From: Asterionella formosa
Lineage: Eukaryota
DNA length: 20,000 nucleotides
Reading direction: 5' to 3'
Assembly (NCBI GenBank): GCA_002256025.1
Contig: NKIB01004673.1
Coordinates: 120,408 to 140,407 of the forward strand
Positions 1 through 9,419 of this stretch are shown piece by piece. Position 1 is the first letter of the stretch. Each line of letters begins with the position of its first letter. The notes below the pieces were generated by a model. It worked only from the letters and a program-made list of their open reading frames with translations, was not told the DNA's origin and ran no database searches. The position numbers and the translations under genes were made by a program.

Positions 1-239
1 TTCCACCACATTATGGCTTCATTACCTTAGACATAGCTACTCCATCCTTCGAAGGCGCAATGTGTCGAAGCCACAATGTTTTTCGTTATTGCGTAAACTT
101 TCCTTGTCATATACTTTACTACGATATTTCTTTTCACGAAGCAGGCATGGATTATCAACATGTCAGAATAATTTCAAATATATTTGCCATGTATATTATA
201 GTTTCAACATCGCAACATTGAACTTTCCTGGTTACAATC

Positions 240-975
240 TTGACTTTCCTCTATTTTTCGCTGCTGCTGACACCCTCCTCAGTCACCACGTCCTCTTTGG
301 ACACTGCCGCTTCTTTCGCTTACCCCTCCTCCACTCTTTTTCATGCTCAACATTCACTGTTAGACCTGCTGGTCACTCCACAGCAAAAATCAGTCAAATT
401 CACCTGTTCCTTCCTAAGGAAACGACTTTCGCCTACTTTGCGCGGCTCTGACAGTACATTTGTCAGACGAGTCTACGGACTAACCTACACGCTGCTTCTG
501 ATCCTCCTCCTGTGCTCCAAGCCTGTTTCGGACACCTTTGCTGCCGCTCTTCCACTTCATTTCCCTCCACCACCAGTGTCTCATCCCCGCGCTGCCCTTA
601 AAAATTCAAAGAAAAGCTACGGAATCATCCAGAACCCCTCTCTCTACACTTCAAAAGAAACCCAAACCCGCAGAACCATTGGTTGGCGCATATTTCATGC
701 ACCATTCTCCAATCCCCGCATTTACCACCAGGCTCACTTCTCCTTCCCCTCGAATGACCCCTGCTTCTCCTGAATATCATGTCCTGATCATTTTATGGTC
801 CGCACAGCTATTCGAAAAGAGGCATCTACCGCAGCCAGCCCCAATCCCTCCATTTTTCCGGCCACCAAAAAAGGCACCCTACCTGCTACATCTGACAAAG
901 TCTCCTCCCCCTATCAAGACCACCCCCAAACCCAAGAACACAGCGCCTAATGAGACCACTCTTACAACTCTGTAA
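240..975 (+). mobile_element. Possible highly decayed C-terminal fragment of a non-LTR retrotransposon ORF
   Basis: Broken reading frames with weak echoes of the motifs seen in the better-preserved element at 7560-8886: QTRRTIGWRIF (cf. Q..IGW..F), HFISLHHQC (H..C knuckle-like), ILWSAQ, and a Pro/Lys-rich tail. Motif resemblance only. Confidence 0.25.
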
Positions 976-1781
976 GGCTCCATTTCAGCCTAGCATTCAA
1001 TTATTTGATTCCTATTCAGCAAACAATTCCTCTGCCCAAGATTGCGGATCCAGTTCACTCCTATATCACTGCATTATTCTTTCATTCCAGGCCTCCTTTC
1101 TACAATATTTTTATTCCACGTCTTTGCGCCAGTGTTTATCCCATTCATTTGAATAGCACCAGCTAACTGAATACTTTGCCTTCACCATCTGAACTTTTCT
1201 AGCTGCCACTTCTTAATGTCCATATTCTTACTCCTAGCATCCAAGATAATCTCACATCTCTCTCTCTGCCTTCTGAGACCATTTGTCATGACCATTTGTT
1301 TCTCTATATAAATTTATCAAGTGTTGTACATTTATATAATTCGAAGGCACTTTCAATATGGCTATTACCCAGGATCATCTTTGCATATACATAATTCGGC
1401 ATGCATAATGTGTTCCCTGTCGAAAATGTAAGTACATCTGATGCATTATGCATCCGATTTCTTGACAAAATATACAGTAGTACAAATGTATTTTTATTTT
1501 TCGATTTTCAATATACCAATTAAAAAGAGTCATTGAAAATTTAATTGGGGAAAGTTTCTATCATTAATAGAAATTAATAATGATTTGCTACAAATTTAGT
1601 CAAAAGAAAGTAATCCCGAATTCCCCCGACTAACTCATTATGCATTTTCGACACTTTTATGCAAAAAGTGTAATCGACCGTAGCAACTCTTCATTTTAAG
1701 ATCATCGAACTTTTGAAAACGACAACAGCAGTGCAATGTCTTAAAAAAAACCATTAAGAGGTTCATGGAAACAAGTGACAT

Positions 1782-3170
1782 GTGGCAAATACTGCGGGTA
1801 TGGAACAAAGAAGCAAGTACCAAAATGAGTTATCAAAGAAAAAGCGAATTGGTGACTTTTCAAATGAACCCAATCAGCGACAGGGAGTTAGTGGGGGAAC
1901 TACCCCATTGTCCACAGGGACACCATCAGCTGCACAGGATCCCCTAATTGATACTGAAAGCGATGATGACATTTCTTCTTCAGTTGGTGCTGCTACAAAA
2001 AATGGCTCCTGTCGACAATACCATTAATAACTCCTGGATGCAGATGGATGACATGGTTCCATATCATGTATTTTCTAATTGTACAGACCAACAAGTACAT
2101 AACAAACTAAGGGAAAACACTTTGCACTTGCCAAAGGATATTATCAATTGGTCAATGAACTCAATCACTACAAAGGTCGTAATTCGGTTCGCAGTTATCA
2201 AGAATTTTCTATTTCAGCAGCCTTATCAGAACGTCATTCCCGCTTTTAGCTAAAATTGATCCAAACCATCAATTGTCAAAAAGGTTGTGAATTTTATTTT
2301 CAAGACCAAGAAGTTTTGCTGTGAACATGTAAGTTTGATGTTAAAGTTTGTCATTTGCAGGTTCTGTAAAACCGAATATCAATCAAATGTGCTTTTTCTG
2401 GTCCCAAAAGAGAATCAAAATTGCATCCCGCCCTGCTATCTGGTCCAAGTAGTATGAAAGGTATTTCCAATCACAAACAGGATTGGTTTGCCCATTGTTG
2501 CCTAACTCGGCTATACACAGTGAAACCGGAGCTATTCAAAGAAGTGGAGAGTGACCTAGCCAGAGCTTGCCGATTTCATATGGAATGGTTCTGATGCACT
2601 ATTTCCGATGAACCAGACCATTGAACATATCAACAAGGTACATTTAGATTACATCAAATGAACATTTGGTGGCATGTGCATTAAAAAGTTGAGAGAAAGT
2701 CAGAATGTATTGAATAATCAATTTAAAGGAATCTTGGGTAAGTTGCAGGGAGATACTCCCAAAGCATGATGTTTTGATTTGATGATTATATTCTTATCAA
2801 ATATGTTTCAATTTAAAAATGCTAACAGAATTCGTGACACGCCAGCTGATCAACCAGAATATAACTTCCAGACTATGGATATTGATGACTTAATTAGATG
2901 GGCATTCATGCTTTATAGTTTTGCGCAGTCAAAGGAACTCATCAAAAAAGTGTGAGGGAAGAAAGTTCAGTTTCAAATGGTCTCACTGATCAATGGACTG
3001 ATGATTTACTTGCTTATTATAGGCATATCTACAGTGGACTTTCACAATAGAATTCATCTGAATATTAATGGAATCCTAGTGGAATTGCTACTTCCACCAC
3101 AAAAATCATCTACCCAAACTCATACTTCTCATTTCCCAATGTAAGTGAAGAGTAAATGCATCAATATGTT
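1782..3170 (+). pseudogene. Decayed coding-like sequence of unknown family, probably TE-derived
   Basis: Protein-like stretches (ANTAGMEQRSKYQNELSKKKRIG...DTESDDDISS; HPALLSGPSSMKGISNHKQDWFAHCCLTRLYTVKPELFKEVESDLARAC near 2424-2570) interrupted by many stops; visibly CpG-poor. No family recognised. Confidence 0.25.
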
Positions 3171-3177
3171 GAAGCAC

Positions 3178-3338
3178 TCCTGGAGGAATGACCTGTCAAG
3201 ATCTTTCTCTTGCCTCTCGTTTGCGTATTATTCTGCTATATAAATACTGTTGTCCATTTCTATTTAGACATTCCTCAGACTACATCTAGTCTTCGGACAC
3301 CTGTTGACATCAACAGCCTAACAGACACAGCTTGACCT
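3178..3338 (-). repeat. Degenerate solo copy of the ~160-bp LTR-like repeat at 9040-9201
   Basis: Same-orientation homology with 9040-9201: ggaatgacc.gtcaagatctttctc, ctgctatataaat, tttagacattcctcagactac, ctagtcttcggacacctgt.gacatcaacagcctaacagacaca. Termini eroded. Strand assigned from the PPT beside the other copy. Confidence 0.8.
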
Positions 3339-3445
3339 GGGATCAAAAGCAATATTCTTTTCTCACTTACTGGTACCTGGTACCGGGTAGTTCTTAAAAT
3401 AAATTCGTTCATGTAAAGTAACTTTTGACCCTTAACAACATCGGT

Positions 3446-4270
3446 ATGTCCCCCTCTGCTGCCTGAACCAACTTGTCATCTCAAAGCGTCAGGATCTCCA
3501 ATTCAGTACTTGGCGAAGGGGTTTTCCGTATCTGTCTTGCAGGAACTTATGTTGGAGGCAACCGCAACCAGCAAGAAGCTGCTTGCAAACACTTCAAGCC
3601 ACAATATCACAGAATGCAGGATGAATACTTTCGAGCTGACTTTCAAATTGCTGACAAAACTATTGAATTTGCAGAATCTTGGAATAAATTTTGTCGCAAA
3701 AGTGAAAAAATTCTTGTCTCCCGAGGTGTCGTCAAGAATACGTAGTCGGGAATCAAGTACCTCGTCGAACCCTTGATCAGATTCCACACGAAGTTTACAT
3801 CGAATACAGGGTGGATTGCTGATGAAGGTGACATTGGATGGCCGGCCTTGGCCATGGAAGCTTTTTCTCATTTCACCTATCATCAATCAGGTGATCAAAT
3901 GATTGTTTGTGATCTCCAGGGCCGCCACCGCAACAATAAATACAAAAAGTCCCGATTTGAATTGTCAGATCCCGCCATTTGCAGCCGCCGCCGATCCTAC
4001 GTGCCAACAGATCTTGGCGAGCAAGGGATCGAAAACTTCTTTGTCAACCATCACTGCAATGAATATTGTCAGGACCATTGGACTAGACCATGGCAGCCCC
4101 GCCAGTGGTTCCCCGTATCGCACAATACATCCATGTTGTCTTCACGGGTATCTAATCAGCTCAAACTTACCAGCGCTTATACCTTTCGAATGGGGTCTGC
4201 ACGAGTGCTTCAGGAGGACGAGTACAGACAGATGTACGACGACGACGACGACTGGGACTCTGATGAGTAG
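3446..4270 (+). pseudogene. Alpha-kinase (eEF2K/MHCK-type atypical kinase) pseudogene or null allele
   Basis: One continuous frame from ATG 3446: MSPSAA*TNLSSQ...GEGVFRIC...AACKHFK...VKNT*SGIKYLVEPLIRFHTKFTSNTGW...AFSHFTYH...IVCDLQG...LSDPAI...TDLG...FF..HHCNEYC. All alpha-kinase motifs are recognisable, but there are in-frame stops TGA 3464-3466 and TAG 3743-3745. Confidence 0.85.
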
Positions 4271-4444
4271 TAACCGCTGTTCACGTGAATGCTTATTGTA
4301 CACAACATATATAAGGTCGAACCACGTTCAGGTGAAAGCAAGACATCCAACGTGTATATATCAAGGAATATAGTAGTGAATTAGGTAAATCTTGCAAATT
4401 CCTCCAAAATTTCTTGAAATTTTAGATTTTACTTCAGTATGGCA

Positions 4445-4516
4445 CAATCTCAAAATCGGTTCTTCAAAGCCAGCACGTATGCTGGGCTGGCTCATCATTC
4501 ACCAGTCAAATCGAAT
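4445..4516 (-). promoter_or_regulatory. SECIS-like element (form 1) in the 3' UTR of the minus-strand Sec-MsrA
   Basis: Minus strand reads ctggt-ga-ATGAT-GAGCCAGCCC-AGCATAC-GTGCTGGCTT-TGAA-ga-accg: AUGA/GA core (4498-4463), 10-bp helix II with one mismatch, short helix I (TGGT/ACCG). The core starts about 40 nt after the stop codon. Confidence 0.75.
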
Positions 4517-4536
4517 TGCATGCCATTCTCAAAGGG

Positions 4537-5362
4537 CTACGATTTCTTGCCTCCTCGCTTGGTCAAAAAGTTTTGATGATATTCCTCCGCCTTGTAAAAT
4601 TTCGTCACTCGCTCAATGTCTACATAAACTGTCTGGTTTCGGGGGGCACTTACCCTGATACCAGCCACAACCTCGTTTGCCATGTCCTCCTGCTCGTCAC
4701 TCAAATACCAAATTGCACTCCTGTATTGTGTCTTGTCTTTGACATACGGATAATTCATTCTTGACCACTGCAAAACAAATGCATTGTGTGTGGTGTAAGC
4801 AAAAGCGGCTGACTAGATAGGTGCGATGACAACTAAACAAGAATCATAAGGAAAGGGGATAGTACTCGAGGTGTCGAGGGAACATACCTCCAACAGAATA
4901 TCCTCGTAAGTAATCACCTTGGGATCAAACTCCACCAAGATAGCCTCTGTGTGATCTTTCATGACCCTGTAGGTTGGGTCGTTCTCGTGGCCACCGGAAT
5001 AGCCTGTAACACAACGAGACGACGACAGAAATGGTCAGAATGATGTTCGGTTATAAACCCCTCCTGATCACATCGTTCGGCACGCGGATGCTTGAATGCT
5101 GACCTACCTACCAAACATCTCACAACTCCTTTCACCTGTCAAATAGTGTTAACGAATAATAATCGAGTCAATCAGGACGAAATGCAGCACAGTGAATTGA
5201 TGAATACTATCTTACCTTAAGAAACTTGAGCTGCGGTCCCCAAAATCACCCACACGCGACAATGGCAACCTCGTTTTCAGGTGAATTCTGGGGAGTCACT
5301 TTGACTTCAGGACATTCATCATTGTCCTGGCGCGCTTCGAGCCACTTATCCACGGAAAACAT
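4537..5362 (-). CDS. msrA: Selenocysteine-containing peptide methionine sulfoxide reductase A, paralog 1 (173 aa; exons 5362-5216, 5135-5108, 5003-4888, 4767-4537)
   Basis: Spliced translation MFSVDKWLEARQDNDECPEVKVTPQNSPENEVAIVACG-U(TGA 5248-5246)-FWGPQLKFLK|VKGVVRCLVG|YSGGHENDPTYRVMKDHTEAILVEFDPKVITYEDILLE|WSRM...QYRSAIWY...FYKAEEYHQNF. MsrA motifs GxFWG, GYSGG, PTY, HTE, QYRS and AEEYHQ. Three frame-preserving GT-AG introns (donors gtaag, gtaggt, gtatgt; cag acceptors). Confidence 0.92.
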
Positions 5363-6161
5363 GTCGTTTAAGTTGTGTGTATGCAGGGAATTGTGTCAGA
5401 CAGGCGAAGGTTTTTTCTTTATGCACCTAACATAATTCTCCTGTATCATGTCATTTACCGGTAAATTGTGATTGACGTTTCGCAGTGGTATGTATACCGG
5501 TATCTACATTATCCATACATTAATACCGATTTCTTTCAGTCCTCGAACAGTAGCCAAAACTTTCTTGTCGCTTGGGTCATTTGGCGTGAAAAGTGCTCGA
5601 GCCAGTCGTGAATTAAGGCGGGACTTCCATTCAAAGATTCCTTTCATTTTCTTTGTTCAACTGTGACTGGTATACACCGGTACTCCACCTGGTAATTTTT
5701 TTATTAACCACCACTGGAACAATACTTTTACGGTATAAGGTGACTACAGCCCTGGACTGGTCTCAATTGCAGACTCTACATTTACCGTACCTGGTACTGT
5801 AGGTGTTAAAAAATGAAATGATGATATCGGTACCTGGTACCTGGTACTACCGTGTACCGTATGCATTACCCTATTTACAACACAGTATCATATAGTACTA
5901 CTGTATATAGACCAGGAATGGAATAGTTCCCAGGGATAATACCGACAAATCGCTCAGGCAGAGCTACGTAGAATATGTAAGTGTCTGGTCCTACCAGTTA
6001 CGGAGGAAAAATAATCCAAATTTTTATTTCATTTATAATAGCCAGATTATTTTTTGAGCTATGAATACTACTATCGTTTGAGCATGAAAAGAACCACACC
6101 TTGACAGGACACCAAGCGGGACCTCAAATAAAGGCTCATAAAGACACTCGAAACGTAGAAC
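5363..6161. promoter_or_regulatory. 799-bp divergent intergenic region, likely bidirectional promoter of the two msrA genes
   Basis: Lies between the two divergent ATGs. Contains ATTTACCGGTAAAT (14-bp palindrome, 5453-5466), ATACCGGTAT (5494-5503) and ggtacctggtacctggtac (from 5829). Confidence 0.5.
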
Positions 6162-6794
6162 ATGTCATTGAAACCTGATACTACGAGTATTGAATGCCCT
6201 GAGCTCGCTGTAGCTCCACAGAAAAATCCTGAAAATGAAGTTGCTATTGTCGCCTGCGGGTGATTTTGGGGGTATGTATTTTCAAAAGAATATTGAACTG
6301 AATTCGAAAATGTCATGTCGACGATTGTTAAGATGAAGGATTCTTCCGTTCACTTTGACTGACATGTCTATTATTCCCTTTGCTATATCCTGAACGATTC
6401 ATATAGACCTCAACTCCGATTTGGACGAATTCAAGGAGTTGAGAGGTGCGTCGTCGGGTACTCTGGCGGTGCAGAGCTGAATCCAACATATCGATTTATA
6501 CGGGACCACACGGAAGCAGTTTTGGTTGAATTCAATCCTCATGTGGTCTCGTATGAAGACCTTTTGATTGAGTGGTCCCGAATGCACACTCCGTCTTATG
6601 CGAAAAAGACACAATACAAGAGTGCGATTTGGTACCTGGACGAGGAACAAAAGAGAACTGCGGAAGATTTTATCAAGGGATTGAAAGCGTCTGCCGGAGG
6701 AAATCCGGTATATACTGATCTTGGACCAGTAACTCGATTTTATCGGGCAGAGGAATATCATCAGAACTTTATGAATAAGCAAGGTCGATACTAG
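6162..6794 (+). CDS. msrA: Selenocysteine-containing peptide methionine sulfoxide reductase A, paralog 2 (165 aa; exons 6162-6271, 6407-6794)
   Basis: MSLKPDTTSIECPELAVAPQKNPENEVAIVACG-U(TGA 6261-6263)-FWG|PQLRFGRIQGVERCVVGYSGGAELNPTYRFIRDHTEAVLVEFNP...QYKSAIWY...FYRAEEYHQNF. One phase-2 intron 6272-6406 (gtatgt...atag) restores the frame. Confidence 0.92.
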
Positions 6795-6851
6795 ATATCT
6801 CCTTTGGGACGGAGCCACGGTGGCACTGGAAAATGATAGGACTTTGGTAAT

Positions 6852-6940
6852 AAATTCTGTGATGTGAATGACGAACTTTCTGAGGATCATCGATGTGGCT
6901 ATGCTTGATCACCAGCAGTTTTGAACAGCAAACAGGGTTT
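6852..6940 (+). promoter_or_regulatory. SECIS-like element (form 2) in the 3' UTR of the plus-strand Sec-MsrA
   Basis: Helix I AAATTCTGT (6852-6860) pairs with ACAGGGTTT (6932-6940); core ATGAC (6868-6872) / TGAA (6922-6925); helix II GAACT.TT.CTG / CAG.C.AGTTT; unpaired AG (6883-6884); apical mini-stem GATCA/TGATC. Confidence 0.75.
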
Positions 6941-7559
6941 GGCATTGAATTCTAGAGACCATGGAACCAGATTTTCACATATATTAATAGGAATGAAGTC
7001 GAATTTCCTGACGTTTGCACTTGAAATTTTTGAAAGAAAATTGGCTTGTAGACAGAATTCAAACAAAAGGACCACCAGCTCATAGTTGCACTCAAGCCCT
7101 TGCGCAAAGCAGACTAGCTAGGTAGGGGGCTCAGCTAGAAAGGCAGTTTCTTTGCTTGTTCGTTCCTTGTGTACCAATATATTCATCTAGTACAGATGAC
7201 TTATTTATTAACCAAAATCAATTATTGTGGACTACCTGGTGGTCTGTGAACAGCACATGATTGATTTACAGCATGATACTCACACCATCACACTGATACA
7301 AATGACAGTCTAATAAATAGAAAAGGTATGTAATACTGGTATCAGTATGTACCAGTAGTTTGAACCATGATGACTAGCAAGCAAAATATGACCACCTGTC
7401 GACACAATCACAATGAAAGCATGTGCCGCTGGACACCGAGAAAACGATTTGCCATATCATATATTTTACTAATGTGAGCTTATAATATACTCCACTGGAT
7501 GTTATAAAATCCTTCCTCTCATCATGCGTACGTACGAATGTAAATTTCAACATTCATAC

Positions 7560-8886
7560 TGATCACAAGGATTCAACAATGGAAATTCTGTGGGCCTTCT
7601 GGCACACTTTGGACAGATCACGACCTGTTCCAGGTGGCCATGAAACTTGCTACAGATCTTAACTTAGATTTGATTCCTCATCATATGAAATCCCATCAGT
7701 ATGATGAGCGTGAGTATGATCAAGTGTCATGGCAGGCAAAACTGAATTGTGATTGTGATCAGCAGGCAGTGTCAGTCCGTGAATGTCACACATGTGCATT
7801 CAATAGCCAGGTACCCTACAAGCTCCCTCCAGGACATGCAGCTACATTACAAATTGGAAATACTTTCATTATCAAACGCCTACCACTTGCAGTACGAAAT
7901 GCAGTATATAAAGGAGACATGAAAAGATACGTAATTAAGTCAGCAGGTTGGGAAAACCACACTTTCTTTGCAAAGGTAGATTGGGAGGCATACCGGTAGT
8001 CAACTGCGGTTTAAAACATAGGTGGTTCGAAGAAAATGACGATTTTCAAGATGGAATTCGATCTTCTCCTGGTAACTTTCCAGCACAAAAGCAAATATGA
8101 AAAAACGGTGTATAATCGGTGTTTCCGATGCCAATGGGTAAACGAAACTTTTAATCATGTGCTTCGATACCCAGCGGCAGCTGCGCACAGGGAAAAGCTT
8201 TGGGAAACCTTTTGGGTTTCGGTTTTAAAGGAAGCTGGATCATGCTTGTATGTCGCACAAAAATTTCAATAAGAAATGTTATAGTGGCTGCATAACGAGC
8301 AACTTACTAGGTGGGAGCGTTCAATTCCATTACCTCAGGCAGGATGTTGTTGGAAGGATGACTTTCGAGGATTATTTAGATCAATGTGACATAGGTTGGG
8401 ATCAGGCTTTTCACGGCAGAGTCAGCAAGAAGTGGAACTGGTGTGCAACAATGGCTTATGCTAAAGAGAAGCACCACGCACAGGGGTGATCTTTTAATGG
8501 CAGAACAATGGATAGCAAAGGTCATATGAGCTTTATGGCAAATGGGGATAAATAGTTGGATGCACAGAAATGAATAATTGTATGGTCAAAAAGAGGACAA
8601 GATGATGGAAGATGTCGATGCTCAGATTAGAATATGACACAAACATGATCAAGGGCAAGTGCGGGAGGAGGATAAATCCTTATTTCTTCTTCCTGTTGAA
8701 GTACTATGAATTAAGCGTCACAATATACATCAAAAACATTGGTCAGTGGAATATGTGGATTTAGCCTATAATGCTTGGCAACGCACTAGGGTTGCAGGTA
8801 TTACTGATGGAGCTTGGCTCCGCCTCGCTCTACGATGGAAAAGACACAAAGGCAGGCGTCCAAGGGTAAGGAAGAAACAGACGTGA
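7560..8886 (+). mobile_element. Decayed 3' part of an RNase H-bearing non-LTR retrotransposon ORF (resembles diatom Ambal-like LINEs)
   Basis: Frameshifted fragments in colinear order: HMKSHQ...LNCDCDQQA (RNase H C-terminal H..GH / N..AD-like), KVDWEA, zinc knuckle RCFRCQWVNETFNHVLRYP, QCDIGWDQAFHGRVSKKW, LWQMGINSWMHRNE*LYG. Confidence 0.7.
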
Positions 8887-9039
8887 ATGTTGTTAGGTGT
8901 CTCACAAGCACAAGTGCAATTTTAGTTAGTTTCAATGTGCTTTAAAAATTGTTTGTGAAATAATATAACATGAGAAAACCACCAGCACTGTTCAATCAAT
9001 TTTGAAATATATGGCGCCTACTCTATGGTGCTCCAGTAC

Positions 9040-9201
9040 TGTCCTGGAATGACCGGTCAAGATCTTTCTCACGCCGCTCATCTGCAGATTATCCCTGCTA
9101 TATAAATCCTGTCTACCGGGTATTTCCGTTTAGACATTCCTCAGACTACCTAGTCTTCGGACACCTGTCGACATCAACAGCCTAACAGACACACTCTGAC
9201 A
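9040..9201 (-). mobile_element. 162-bp LTR-like repeat (TGTC...GACA termini) preceded on the minus strand by a polypurine tract
   Basis: Plus strand begins tgtcctgg (9040) and ends ctctgaca (9201), giving 4-bp inverted TG..CA ends. On the minus strand AAGAGGGGAGGG (9213-9202) directly abuts TGTCAGAG, as a PPT/3'-LTR junction would. A second copy lies at 3178-3338, and there is an internal TATA-like ctatataaat. Confidence 0.6.
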
Positions 9202-9284
9202 CCCTCCCCTCTTGATGTTCGACATACCACATCATCCTAATGTGTATGCTCGACACACCCTATCCTACAGGAATTTTCATACTG

Positions 9285-9343
9285 CCCTCTCTTTTTTCTT
9301 CGTCTCTTTTTTTTTCTTCTCTTCTCTTTTTTCTTTCTGTTCT
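9285..9343. repeat. Polypyrimidine (T/C) low-complexity tract
   Basis: ccctctcttttttcttcgtctctttttttttcttctcttctcttttttctttctgttct. Confidence 0.8.
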
Positions 9344-9344
9344 T

Positions 9345-9419
9345 GCTGAGGACTCGAACTGTCGACCTCTCGACCTCTTGTTTTCACCCATATCCTCGTA
9401 CCACTTGTACTAACGGGCC
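9345..9419 (-). other. tRNA-derived Pol III promoter-like cassette (A box + B box); not an intact tRNA
   Basis: Minus strand: GGCCCGT-TAGTACAAGTGG (A box, 9412-9401)-tacgaggatatgggtgaaaacaagaggtcgagaggtcgaca-GTTCGAGTCC (B box, 9359-9350)-tcagc. I could not form an acceptor stem or anticodon arm. Confidence 0.55.

Noticed and set aside
3464..3466. TGA near the alpha-kinase start as a third selenocysteine codon
   Set aside because: Not at a redox Cys position, the gene also has an in-frame TAG, and I found no AUGA/GA hairpin in its 3' flank.
5246..6263. Alternative genetic code (TGA = Trp or Cys) or pseudogenisation explaining the msrA TGAs
   Set aside because: TGA is the normal stop of the peptidase gene (11226-11224) and Trp is encoded by TGG. 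The TGA occurs only at the catalytic site in both diverged paralogs, and SECIS-like hairpins are present.
6399..6890. 163-aa minus-strand ORF, plus small ORFs 5226-5435, 6071-6316 and 4516-4764
   Set aside because: Antisense shadows of the msrA exons; their mutual similarity simply reflects the paralogy.
8891..9187. tgttagg...cctaaca 7-bp inverted ends as the element boundaries
   Set aside because: No TSD (aatgt vs gacac). Homology with the 3178-3338 copy continues past cctaaca and does not extend left of about 9040.
9345..9419. Functional tRNA gene
   Set aside because: A and B boxes are present, but I could not fold an acceptor stem or anticodon arm.
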